Shown here: one piece after another, positions 1-9,233 of the stretch
Numbering within the stretch: the first letter of the stretch is position 1
Layout: every line of letters starts with the position of its first letter
Assembly (NCBI GenBank): GCA_002366725.1
Contig: DFBT01000105.1
Span: 442-46,631, forward strand
DNA: 46,190 nt
Direction of reading: 5' to 3'
DNA from: a candidate division WOR-3 bacterium UBA3073
Lineage (GTDB): Bacteria > Hydrothermota > UBA3073
Made by a program: the position numbers and the translations under genes
The notes under the pieces: generated by a model
Database searches by the model: none
Told to the model about the DNA's origin: nothing
What the model saw: the letters and a program-made list of their open reading frames with translations, nothing else

Positions 1-62
1 CCAAAGAAAAGAAATAGGAGCAGAAGACAAATGATAATAAGAAATACTATCGCCAATTTCAT
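1..62 (-). CDS. 5' part of a membrane/exported protein running off the window (MKLAIVFLIIICLLLLFLFF...)
   Basis: Manual translation: ATG at 62-60 followed by a hydrophobic run; not in the ORF track. Confidence 0.6.
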   Translation of the reverse strand, partial: MKLAIVFLIIICLLLLFLFF

Positions 63-67
63 ATTAT

Positions 68-276
68 CCCAGATTATGCGTTAAGAAACCATCTCAAGAT
101 CCGTATGGACGAGAGATTAAAATAAAGAACCTATGCACAGCATCTCATACGAGCCGTAGGGCCGTATGGATAAAAATTAAATGTTTTTCATCCAAAAGGT
201 GAATGCCCATATTCTTTAAGTCTCTTATATAATCTGTGAACATCTGTGCTCATCCGTGGTTAATGCATATTTTGGG
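68..276. mobile_element. MITE, IS1380-like ends, 5-bp TSD ATTAT
   Basis: TIRs CCCAGATTATGCGTTAA / rc CCCAAAATATGCATTAA; ATTAT at 63-67 and 277-281. Confidence 0.7.
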
Positions 277-277
277 A

Positions 278-598
278 TTATGTAAAAATCAAAATCCCGA
301 TTACAACACCAATAACATCCGCAAGAATGTCCTTAAAACTCGGATTTCCCGCGCCCGCAAGGTCGTATAACTCCTTTGAAACCCCGACAGATAGAGAAAC
401 CCCAGTTGCAACCTGGCTCGCTTTCCTTTCGGTGCTCTTAAACTCGCAGCGACTCAAATAATAGGCGGTACCCACAAGGAATGCTGAAACAAATATATGC
501 TCAAATTTGTCCTCTGAGAGCCATCTGTCCCGCCCATTGATTCCCCCAAGAGAATCAATGGGGGCAGAGAGAAGTAGACAGGTCAATAACAGAGACAT
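278..598 (-). CDS. YfiM/DUF2279-like small membrane protein
   Basis: DRWLSEDKFEH and KELYD...SFKDILAD motifs. Confidence 0.65.
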   Translation of the reverse strand: MSLLLTCLLLSAPIDSLGGINGRDRWLSEDKFEHIFVSAFLVGTAYYLSRCEFKSTERKASQVATGVSLSVGVSKELYDLAGAGNPSFKDILADVIGVVIGILIFT

Positions 599-645
599 AA
601 CAGGTGAAACTAAAGAACCGAAAGTTTAAGATAGACGGGATTAAA

Positions 646-849
646 CTACCTCACATATATTATCTTCTTTCTCATTCCACCATTCACCTCGAAATAGTAT
701 ACCCCACTTGAAACCTCCCTGCCGTTATCGTCCATTCCGTTCCAGAAAAGCACCTTATCGTTACCGGAAAAGACCCGAACGAGCCGGCCGGTGAGATCAT
801 AGACCCTTACCGTTGGAGACGTTTCATTATCTCCATTTGAATCTTTCAA
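646..849 (-). CDS. Stand-alone FlgD-Ig/T9SS-type C-terminal sorting domain (possible remnant)
   Basis: VYDLTGRLVR...WNGMDDNGREVSSGVYY; TTG start overlaps the glnA stop; no signal peptide. Confidence 0.55.
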   Translation of the reverse strand: MKDSNGDNETSPTVRVYDLTGRLVRVFSGNDKVLFWNGMDDNGREVSSGVYYFEVNGGMRKKIIYVR

Positions 850-2159
850 TATATACTCGTATATTTTTCAATTTCCCACTTCGAGACCTGAACGGAATAT
901 TCGTCCCACTCCCTTCTCTTTATACTGTAATACTTCTTTGTAAGCTCTTCACCGAGTGTTCTCTTCACAATTCCCGAATTTATAAACTCTTCCAGTGCCT
1001 CAAACAAGGACCTCGGCAAAGTCGATATCCCACCCAAGAACTCGTTATCCAACTCAAATAGATTCTCTTCACGGGGCGGCGGAGAAACAATCTCTTCTTC
1101 TATGCCGTTTAATCCAGCCATAAGAAGGGAGGCAAATGCGAGATAGGGATTCGCGGTTGGATCGGGACATCTCACCTCGAGTCTCGTCGAACTCAATTTT
1201 CCCTTACTTATTCTCGGTACTCTCACAAGTGCGGAGCGATTCATCTGTCCCCAGCATACATACACCGGTGCCTCAAAACCGGAGACGAGTCTCTTGTAGG
1301 AGTTGACAGTTGGAGCAAGGAGCGTGCATATCTCTCTGGCGTGTGTAAGCTCTCCTCCGAGGAAATTATGGGCAAGTTTGGACAATCCATACTTGTTACC
1401 GCTATCTGCAAAGGCATTTTGACCGTCTATAAAAATGCTCTGGTGAAGATGCATTCCATTGCCGGGTTTGCCAAAAATGGGTTTGGGCATAAATGTTGCA
1501 AGTGCTCCGTACTTCTCGGCGACACGCTTTATCACCGTCTTCGCAGTTATTATGCTGTCTGCCATCGTGAGTGCATCTGTGAATGTAAGGTCTATCTCGT
1601 GTTGACCCATTCCCACCTCGTGATGTCCCGCCTCCACATCGATGCCGATCGCCTGAAGGTTTTCCGTGATTTCCTTTCTCATCTTCAATGCGAGGTCACC
1701 CTCGAGGTCAAAATATCCCACCCTGTCGTAACACAAGGGAGCCATGCCCTCGTCTCTCAAAAATAGGTAGAACTCCAGTTCGGCTCCAACATTGAAGCGA
1801 TACCCTTTTTGCGATGCGATTTGCACTACCCTCTTAAGAACATACCTCGGGTCGTCGGAAAAAGGAGAATGGTCGGGTGAATACACATCACATATAATCC
1901 TTGCAGACTTCGGTTTCTCCTCCCCGAGGGGAATGAATGTATCGATATCCGGCACAAGATACATATCGCTTTCGCAGATTCTGCCAAATCCCTCTATAGA
2001 TGAACCGTCAAACCAAACCCCTTCCGAGATTGCCTTTGCAAGCATATTCCTCGGAATCGACACATTCTTAATACATCCCAATATATCTGAAAACCAGAGG
2101 TCTATAAATTTTATCCCCTTTTCCTCTGTCTCTTTTAAAACATCTTCTTTCGTCCGCAT
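846..2159 (-). CDS. glnA: Type I glutamine synthetase
   Basis: FDGSSIEGF, HHEVG..QHEID, TFMPKP..GNGMHLH, RLEVRCPDPTANPY. Confidence 0.95.
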   Translation of the reverse strand: MRTKEDVLKETEEKGIKFIDLWFSDILGCIKNVSIPRNMLAKAISEGVWFDGSSIEGFGRICESDMYLVPDIDTFIPLGEEKPKSARIICDVYSPDHSPFSDDPRYVLKRVVQIASQKGYRFNVGAELEFYLFLRDEGMAPLCYDRVGYFDLEGDLALKMRKEITENLQAIGIDVEAGHHEVGMGQHEIDLTFTDALTMADSIITAKTVIKRVAEKYGALATFMPKPIFGKPGNGMHLHQSIFIDGQNAFADSGNKYGLSKLAHNFLGGELTHAREICTLLAPTVNSYKRLVSGFEAPVYVCWGQMNRSALVRVPRISKGKLSSTRLEVRCPDPTANPYLAFASLLMAGLNGIEEEIVSPPPREENLFELDNEFLGGISTLPRSLFEALEEFINSGIVKRTLGEELTKKYYSIKRREWDEYSVQVSKWEIEKYTSIY

Positions 2160-2420
2160 AACTCCTTCCGGTTAAAGATAAATTCAGAATATGGGTAACC
2201 ACACCTGCCTGCCCATACGGGTCCGTAGGGACCGGTAAGCAGGGATGATCACAGATGCACACAGATTATATCGAAACCAGTAATTAGGTTATTGGGTAAT
2301 TAAGTAATTAAAGAACACGCTTGAAAATAACTCAATTACTTAATAACTTGTATCTCGTGCTAATCTTGTGTAATCTTGTGGTTTATTAGCTCATAACCCG
2401 AGATAATTTCAGTTAAATCT

Positions 2421-2449
2421 ATTATACCAGATTTTTTCTAATTTGTCAA
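2421..2449 (-). promoter_or_regulatory. Sigma70 promoter for glnA
   Basis: TTGACA-17-TATAAT on the minus strand. Confidence 0.8.
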
Positions 2450-2640
2450 CCTTTTTTTGAGGAGATTGCCGAAAAAGTCCGTTTCAAAAGATTCACCCCG
2501 TCTTTGGCTGTTTATGTAAATTATCAACGGCAGGGAGGTCACAGAGCGCACGGGAAATCGTTTATCCTTAATCTCCGCGTCCTCCGCGGTTTATCCATAA
2601 CATCTATATAACCTTTTGGCGGGGTGTGGTTAATTTTTTC

Positions 2641-2669
2641 TTGACAAAAATATAAATTCGTGTTATAAT
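2641..2669 (+). promoter_or_regulatory. Sigma70 promoter for pdxJ (near-leaderless)
   Basis: TTGACA-17-TATAAT; ATG 9 nt after the -10 box. Confidence 0.85.
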
Positions 2670-2678
2670 ACCCTCACT

Positions 2679-3386
2679 ATGAGACTCGGGGTAAACATAG
2701 ACCACATAGCCACACTCAGATCGCAGAGGGGTACTCCCTATCCCGACCCCGTTGATGCAGTCCCCATAGTGGAACTCGCGGGAGCGGACGGAATCACCTG
2801 CCACATCAGAATCGACAGAAGACACATAACTGAAAGGGATGTGAGACTCATACGGGAGATTACGAAGACCTCTCTGAATGTAGAATTGTGCTCGGACCCC
2901 GATATAGTCAGGTTTGTATGTGGCGTAAAACCTCGCTACGCCTGTCTTGTCCCCGAAAGGGAGGGAGAACAGACAACTGAGGGCGGACTTGACATAGTCA
3001 CACACGGAGAGGAGATAAAAAGAACAATTGGAGTCCTGAAAGATGCGGGTATTGTAGTTTCCCTCTTCGTCGAACCCGATGAATCGACCATAGGGCTCGC
3101 GAGAGAACTCGGGGCAGATTCGGTTGAGTTGAACACGAGGGCTTACAGCGAGACATCGAATAAGGAGGGTGAAATAGAGAGACTGAAGAAGGCGTCGATT
3201 GCCGCACATGGGATGGGGCTTGAGGTTCATGCTGGGCACGGTCTGGAATACCATAATGTTAAGGGAATTCTGTCAGTTCCACATATTGTGGAACTCAATA
3301 TCGGGCACAGTATAATATCGCGGGCGGTATTTACGGGCCTCGAAGAGGCAGTCAAGACGATGCTTCGACTTATGAAGGGGGGATGA
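2679..3386 (+). CDS. pdxJ: Pyridoxine 5'-phosphate synthase
   Basis: LGVNIDHIATLR, DRRHI, TTEGGLD, HAGHGL, ELNIGH. Confidence 0.95.
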   Translation: MRLGVNIDHIATLRSQRGTPYPDPVDAVPIVELAGADGITCHIRIDRRHITERDVRLIREITKTSLNVELCSDPDIVRFVCGVKPRYACLVPEREGEQTTEGGLDIVTHGEEIKRTIGVLKDAGIVVSLFVEPDESTIGLARELGADSVELNTRAYSETSNKEGEIERLKKASIAAHGMGLEVHAGHGLEYHNVKGILSVPHIVELNIGHSIISRAVFTGLEEAVKTMLRLMKGG

Positions 3387-3390
3387 AGCC

Positions 3391-4149
3391 ATGGTCAGAG
3401 CCCTCATATTGTATGCCCCCGGGATAAACTGCGACCTCGAAACGAAAACTGCCTTCCAAACCTGCGGTGCAAGTGTCGATGAAATCCCCGTAAAGAAACT
3501 CGAGGAACAGACCTCGAAACTGCTCCTTTATGATATACTCATCCTTCCCGGTGGTTTCTCTTATGGAGACTCTATATCCAGCGGAAAGATACTGTCGGTA
3601 TATATGAGGGAGTTCCTCAAAGAGACAGTACTTGAGTTTTTGAAACGGGATACCCTCGTTCTCGGGATATGTAACGGCTTCCAGGTACTGGTGAAATCCG
3701 GGCTTTTAGGTCACGATATAACTCTTGCGGAAAATGCAAACGGCAGATTTGAGGATAGATGGGTGAGGCTTAGGGTTAGGAACTCAAGATGCATCTTTAC
3801 AAAGGGATTGGATATCATAGAGTTGCCTGTGGCGCACAGAGGGGGAAGAGTCGTTATAAAGGATGGCGTTGTCAACGCCACTCTCGCGTATATAGACGAA
3901 CAAGATAAACCCACGATGGAATATCCTTACAATCCAAATGGAAGTGAAGATGCAATTGCGGGCATATGCGATGATAGTGGAAGGATATTTGGTCTGATGC
4001 CTCATCCCGAAAGGTTCTATTTACCCATACAGTATCCTGGTACATGGAAGGATAAAATTCCCCACGGAATGAAAATCATAAAGAATGCAGTCGATTGGGT
4101 TGAAGCCCACACAAGTTTATCTGGAGTGCACCGAATAATTGACGATTGA
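3391..4149 (+). CDS. purQ: FGAM synthase glutaminase subunit
   Basis: PGINCD, GGFSYGD, GICNGFQ, NPNGS, MPHPER. Confidence 0.9.
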   Translation: MVRALILYAPGINCDLETKTAFQTCGASVDEIPVKKLEEQTSKLLLYDILILPGGFSYGDSISSGKILSVYMREFLKETVLEFLKRDTLVLGICNGFQVLVKSGLLGHDITLAENANGRFEDRWVRLRVRNSRCIFTKGLDIIELPVAHRGGRVVIKDGVVNATLAYIDEQDKPTMEYPYNPNGSEDAIAGICDDSGRIFGLMPHPERFYLPIQYPGTWKDKIPHGMKIIKNAVDWVEAHTSLSGVHRIIDD

Positions 4150-4200
4150 CGATTGAAAATTGACGATTACGATTGAAAATTGACGATTACGATTGAAAAT
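4138..4200 (+). repeat. 20-bp tandem repeat (TTGACGATTACGATTGAAAA), about 3 copies
   Basis: Two exact copies and one variant, overlapping the purQ stop. Confidence 0.85.
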
Positions 4201-4416
4201 CGAAAAGTGCCATAGCATGGCAATAGCAAGTTAAAGCGTAGCGGAAATCCCGCATCTGCGGGACTATTGCCTGCTTGTAGTAGACAGGCACTCTAATGCC
4301 TACTATTAAGTAAACGAAATGCCTTGTCTCAGCGGAACAACCTTCTCGTAAGGGGAAGAGATAATTTTGATTTTTGATATTTGATTTTTAATATTTAGTT
4401 TTATGGGAGGGGAAGC

Positions 4417-4791
4417 GTGAGAAAATCAGAATTCGATATTCTTCTTGTAAATGCCCCGGGAAGTTTTGCAAGCATATGCAGTGCCATAAAAAATTCGGGG
4501 GCTAAAATTCTCGCTTACGCCCTCACACCGATAGATTCTTCGGGCATTTTACAGCTTGTCACCGATGACGAGACAAAGATGCGAAAGGCATTGCGGAATA
4601 GCAATCTACATTTTATCGAGAGCGATGTCCTGGTCCTTGAAGATGTCAACTCCCCGAAGGACATGTACGAAATCTCCAGCAAACTTGCCCAAAAAAAGAT
4701 AAACATCAACTTCTCGTACTCGGGGTGCAACGGTATTATGGTATTCGAGGTGGATGATATAGACAAGGCGTTATATCTCCTGTCTGAGTAG
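4417..4791 (+). CDS. Tandem ACT-domain protein
   Basis: NAPGSFA and KININFSY ACT-like repeats; GGAGG RBS with GTG start. Confidence 0.7.
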   Translation: MRKSEFDILLVNAPGSFASICSAIKNSGAKILAYALTPIDSSGILQLVTDDETKMRKALRNSNLHFIESDVLVLEDVNSPKDMYEISSKLAQKKININFSYSGCNGIMVFEVDDIDKALYLLSE

Positions 4792-4870
4792 TGGGAGATG
4801 TCCCCATTCACCGTTGGGTATTTCCCTTAACGGGGTTATCTCTTTAATAATATAAACTGCAATAAACTTA

Positions 4871-4925
4871 ATCTCAAGATCCGTTCCATCTCAAGACCCG
4901 TCCACAGGATCCGTATGGAATGGAC
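4871..4925. repeat. Triple-nested palindromic micro-elements
   Basis: ATCTCAAGATCCGT-TCCATCTCAAGACCCG-TCCACAGGATCCGTATGGA-ATGGA. Confidence 0.65.
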
Positions 4926-5095
4926 AGAGATTGCTTGCCGGCAGGCGGGAAAGAGAACTTTTGAAATAAAAGAATCTATTCTCCGCAGGATTCTGTGAAC
5001 AATCTCTTCAGGTCCCTGTTGAAATAAAAATGAGAAAGAAAAATCAGGTGTTTATTTCCAAATAACTCTAACTTATTGTGTAGAGGAGGAAGGAC

Positions 5096-7486
5096 ATGGC
5101 GTACAGGGAATTAGAACCAGATGAACTCGCCTGGAGATGTGAAGAGAAATACCTCGAATACACTGCGGGCGAAAAGGAAACAACGAAGAAGATAATAGGA
5201 CAAAAAAGGGCAACTGAGGCACTTGAAATAGGACTCGATATAAACAGCGTTGGTTACAACATCTTTGTCACGGGGGTTGCGGGTACGGGAAGGACAACCG
5301 CAGTGAAACTCCTCTTGAACAAGAGCAAGAGAAAAAAGCAAATTCCCACTGATAAGTGCTATGTCAATAACTTTACAAATCCAGATTCGCCGAGACTGAT
5401 AATCCTTCCGAGGGGAGATGGAAGAAGATTCAAAAAGGATACTGAAGTGAGCATTGAGAAGATCATCAGAAATATACCAACTATCCTCGAGAGTGAACAG
5501 CACCGGAAGAGAATAAATGCCATAACGACGGTGTATAAAAAAAGGGAGCAAGATATCCTCACGGATTTTGAAAATGGGGTGACAAAGGAGGGATTTGCCG
5601 TCGTACAGGTTCAGATTGGTCCATTTACGAAACCAGACTTGTTCCCGGTATATGGAGAAAAACCCGTGAATTTCGATGAAATGAGGGCGCTCGTGCGAGA
5701 GGGTAAGATCCCCGAGGAAGAGCTAAATAAAAAACTGAAGATATATAATAAACTCTCCGTAGAACTCGAGAAAACCCTCAAGAAATTGAGAAATATAAAA
5801 AAAGAGGCAGAAGACGAAATCAGAAATATCAACCGAAAAACAATTAAACCCTTCATACAACAGGGTCTTTCCGAAATAAAGGAGAAATACGGGAATAATG
5901 CAGTACATCCGTATCTGGAGGAGGTTGAGGAATCAATACTGAACAATATGGAGAAAGCATTCCCCAATGAGAAAATGGGGAAAGATATAGACCCTTACGC
6001 AGAATATAAGGTCAACCTCATCGTGGACAACAGTGATGCGCAGACCGCCCCCGCCATATTTGAGGCATCTCCAACATTCAAAAACCTGTTTGGGGCGATC
6101 GAAAGGAGGGCAACTCCCACCGGTTGGACAACGGACTACAGGCAGATAAAAGCGGGTTCCCTCCTTCGGGCAGATGGTGGTTTTCTTATTCTAAATGCCA
6201 AGGATGTGCTCATCGAACCGGGGGTATGGAACACCCTTAAGCGCATACTGAAGACCGGAAGACTTGAAATCCAGACTTATGAACCGTTCTTTATGATTAC
6301 ACTTTCGGCGTTAAAACCGGAGCCGATATATACAGATGTGAAGGTAATACTGATAGGTGAATCCTATATTTATCACCTTTTATATCATCGAGACGACGAT
6401 TTCAAGAAAATATTCAAGGTGAGAGCAGACTTCGACTGGGTTATGGATAACAAAAAGGAGTCGGTTGGAGGGTATGCGAGATTTGCAAAAACACTCCAGC
6501 GAGAGGAAAAGCTTTTGCCCTTCACAAAACATGCGATAGCTGGCATTGTAGAGTATGGTGCAAAAGTTGCCGGAAGGCAAAACAAACTCTCTACCAGGTT
6601 TAACCACATTGCAGACATCTTGAGAGAGGCACACTACAGGGCTGAAAGGAAACACAAGAAAAGGGTAAATAGAGGGGATATTGAGGAGGCTATAGAGAGG
6701 CGCATATACAGGGAGAGTCTCTACCAGGAGAAGATTCAAGAGGAGATAAAAGACGATCTTCTCATGATAGATGTCAGCGGCACGGCAGTCGGACAGGTAA
6801 ACGGGCTTTCCGTCTATGGGATCGGGGATTATCTATTTGGCAGACCCGTAAGGATAACCGCAAAAACCGGCGTGGGTGGCGGAGGTATAATTAATATTGA
6901 GAGAGAAGTTCAACTGTCGGGACCGATTCACAGCAAGGGAGTATATATCCTTACCGGCTATCTGAGAGGCATGTACGCAAGGGAGAAGCCCATCGCCATG
7001 AGTGCCTCACTCTGCTTTGAGCAGTCATATTCCGGGGTTGAGGGCGATTCTGCCTCATCTGCGGAGCTTTACGGCGTTCTCTCCAGTCTGTCAGAGATAC
7101 CAATTCGCCAGGATATAGCCGTTACGGGTTCTGTCAATCAAAAGGGAGAGATTCAACCAATTGGTGGAACAAACGAGAAAATAGAGGGATTCTTCGATGT
7201 TTGTAAGACAAAGGGACTCACGGGCACGCAGGGGGTGATCATACCGGAAAGAAATGTTGGAGACCTCATGTTGAGAAAGGACTTGCGCGATGCGGTGAGT
7301 GAGAAAAAATTTCACATATACGCCGTAAATAGCATAGACGAGGGCATTGAGGTACTGACCGGAAGGGAGGCGGGCAAGAGGGGAAAAGACGGGAAATATA
7401 AGAGGGGAAGCATTCATTATTTAGTCGACGAAAAACTTGACCATTACGCCAGAATATGGAAAACATTTAAGGGAGAGCAAAAATGA
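5096..7486 (+). CDS. LonC-type (AAA_32/S16) Lon protease
   Basis: GQVNGL, GDSASSAE catalytic Ser, GGTNEKIEGF Lys; Walker-like GVAGTGRT. Confidence 0.9.
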   Translation: MAYRELEPDELAWRCEEKYLEYTAGEKETTKKIIGQKRATEALEIGLDINSVGYNIFVTGVAGTGRTTAVKLLLNKSKRKKQIPTDKCYVNNFTNPDSPRLIILPRGDGRRFKKDTEVSIEKIIRNIPTILESEQHRKRINAITTVYKKREQDILTDFENGVTKEGFAVVQVQIGPFTKPDLFPVYGEKPVNFDEMRALVREGKIPEEELNKKLKIYNKLSVELEKTLKKLRNIKKEAEDEIRNINRKTIKPFIQQGLSEIKEKYGNNAVHPYLEEVEESILNNMEKAFPNEKMGKDIDPYAEYKVNLIVDNSDAQTAPAIFEASPTFKNLFGAIERRATPTGWTTDYRQIKAGSLLRADGGFLILNAKDVLIEPGVWNTLKRILKTGRLEIQTYEPFFMITLSALKPEPIYTDVKVILIGESYIYHLLYHRDDDFKKIFKVRADFDWVMDNKKESVGGYARFAKTLQREEKLLPFTKHAIAGIVEYGAKVAGRQNKLSTRFNHIADILREAHYRAERKHKKRVNRGDIEEAIERRIYRESLYQEKIQEEIKDDLLMIDVSGTAVGQVNGLSVYGIGDYLFGRPVRITAKTGVGGGGIINIEREVQLSGPIHSKGVYILTGYLRGMYAREKPIAMSASLCFEQSYSGVEGDSASSAELYGVLSSLSEIPIRQDIAVTGSVNQKGEIQPIGGTNEKIEGFFDVCKTKGLTGTQGVIIPERNVGDLMLRKDLRDAVSEKKFHIYAVNSIDEGIEVLTGREAGKRGKDGKYKRGSIHYLVDEKLDHYARIWKTFKGEQK

Positions 7487-7600
7487 AACCCGCGGGGACC
7501 CCGCCAAAAATCAAGAAAACATCACAAAAACACGGGAAAAGACGAAATAAAAACCTGTTGATTTTATCTGTGCAATCTGCGGCTACACTGGGAGGTACAG

Positions 7601-8740
7601 GTGGATTACTTCTTGAGTGAGGAAGAGTTAATGGTGAGAGATACGGCGAGAGACATATCTCAGAAAATAGTTCTACCGGTAAGAGCCGAACTTGACGAAA
7701 AGGGTAAGTTCCCACATGAGATAATGAAAGAACTCGCAAGGGCAGACTTATTCAGGATATTTGTACCCCCGGAGTACGAGGGACTCGGGCTCACAAATCT
7801 CGTGCTCTGCATAGCCATTGAAGAGATTGCAAAGGTATGTGCGGGTGTCGCCACAACTTACGCCGCAAATGCCCTCGCCTTAACTCCCATAATTCTGTAC
7901 GGTAACGATGAGCAGAAGAAAAGGTATCTTCCAGCAATCGCATCGGGAGAGAAATTATGTGCCTTTGCACTAACCGAGGCGGATGCCGGTTCCGATGTGG
8001 GCAATGTAAAGGCTAAAGCAATCAGGGATGGGGATTTCTACATCATCAACGGAACAAAACAGTGGATAACAAATGGTGGAGAGGCGGACATCTATGTGGT
8101 GATTCTCTCAACACAGCCCGACAAGGGTGCAAGGGGACTTTCTGCAATCATCGTGGAGAAAGGTACACCGGGGTTCTCCTTCGGAAAGGAAGAGAACAAA
8201 CTCGGTATAAGGGCATCCGTGACAAGGGAACTTATATTTCAGGATGTGAAGGTGCCAAAAGAAAATCTGCTCGCGAGAGAAGGTGCTGGATTCCTGATCG
8301 CGATGAAGACATTTGACCGCACGAGACCGGGGGTCGGGGCACAGTCGGTTGGAATTGCCCAGGGAGCACTTGATGAGGCGGTAGAATACGCAAAGACAAG
8401 AAAGCAATTTGGTAAGCCGATAATCTGTTTTGAGGGCATCGGCTTCTCATTGGCAGAGCTTGCGACAAAGGTCGAGGCGGCAAGGGCACTTGTGTATCAG
8501 GTGGCGAGATATATAGACACAGGCGCAAAGAATATATCGATGTATTCATCGATGGCGAAACTGTTTGCATCGGATGTTGCAATGGAAGTAACGACACGGG
8601 CACTTCAGGTCTTCGGTGGTTATGGTTATATGAAGGAATACCCCATGGAGAAGTATATGCGCGATGCAAAGATTACCCAGATATACGAGGGAACAAATGA
8701 GATACAAAAACTTGTAATTGCAAATGCACTGCAGAGATAA
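7601..8740 (+). CDS. Acyl-CoA dehydrogenase (butyryl-CoA DH-like)
   Basis: AFALTEADAGSD, GTKQWITNG, QVFGGYGY, QIYEGTNEIQ. Confidence 0.92.
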   Translation: MDYFLSEEELMVRDTARDISQKIVLPVRAELDEKGKFPHEIMKELARADLFRIFVPPEYEGLGLTNLVLCIAIEEIAKVCAGVATTYAANALALTPIILYGNDEQKKRYLPAIASGEKLCAFALTEADAGSDVGNVKAKAIRDGDFYIINGTKQWITNGGEADIYVVILSTQPDKGARGLSAIIVEKGTPGFSFGKEENKLGIRASVTRELIFQDVKVPKENLLAREGAGFLIAMKTFDRTRPGVGAQSVGIAQGALDEAVEYAKTRKQFGKPIICFEGIGFSLAELATKVEAARALVYQVARYIDTGAKNISMYSSMAKLFASDVAMEVTTRALQVFGGYGYMKEYPMEKYMRDAKITQIYEGTNEIQKLVIANALQR

Positions 8741-8821
8741 CCAGACGAAAAGCAATTGGATCGACAAGTTTCGGAAACTCTTTATCTTTTAATCCTTGCA
8801 ATAACAGACTGTAGAGAGCAT

Positions 8822-8939
8822 GTCTTTGCGAGTCATACGACCTGTATAGGCGAACGAAGTGAGCGTGGCAATCTCAAAAGAGCTTAATCCCGTAAAATGA
8901 GATTGCTTCGCCTCGATAGTCATCGGGGCTCGCAATGAC
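8822..8939. repeat. REP-like inverted doublet (GTCATTGCGAG...GCAATC / GATTGC...CTCGCAATGAC family)
   Basis: Related copies at 15299-15385, 29845-29916 and 39375-39451. Confidence 0.8.
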
Positions 8940-8964
8940 GGACTATAGAGTGAATGTCATTATT

Positions 8965-9088
8965 CGTAACAGTCTAAAGACTGTCACTCCTTTTGGGGCT
9001 TCCTCAGTGTCATAAAGGAATGACAGCGTTCACGCTGTTAAAATGAAATATCATTCCCATCCGTAACAGTCTAAAGACTGTCACTCCT
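8965..9088. repeat. BIME-like REP cluster
   Basis: Identical 27-mers CGTAACAGTCTAAAGACTGTCACTCCT at 8965 and 9062 flank an inverted variant at 9021-9040. Confidence 0.75.
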
Positions 9089-9233
9089 CTTGAGTTTTCC
9101 TCCGTGTGGACTCCCAGTCTATCTTTCGAAGCTTCATCTCAAACCCCTGTTCGTGAAAAGCTTTTCTTAATAATGTTTTATATGCGAATTTGTGTTCAGA
9201 TACAGATACCCAATTCTATCCCAATCATTATAT

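Noticed and set aside
843-848. Selenocysteine readthrough of the glnA TGA into the CTD
   Set aside because: The CTD is in a different frame, in-frame readthrough stops after 12 codons, and GlnA ends at its normal position
4138-4200. Iteron/origin-like 20-bp repeats
   Set aside because: No rep or dnaA context; resembles the other low-complexity intergenic tracts
4222-4235. AATAGCAAGTTAAA resembles the SpCas9 tracrRNA anti-repeat/nexus start
   Set aside because: Only 14 nt; the downstream sequence diverges; no cas9 or array; surrounded by REP-like hairpins
5270-5300. Lon Walker A Lys-to-Arg as a novelty
   Set aside because: Degenerate ATPase motifs are expected in LonC-type proteases
7483-7620. 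45-codon ORF overlapping the Lon stop
   Set aside because: Overlaps the acyl-CoA dehydrogenase start, partly repeat-derived, no recognisable motif
8965-9088. Possible mini-CRISPR near the Cas4-like gene
   Set aside because: Only two repeats, with a 70-bp spacer holding an inverted relative; no cas1/cas2
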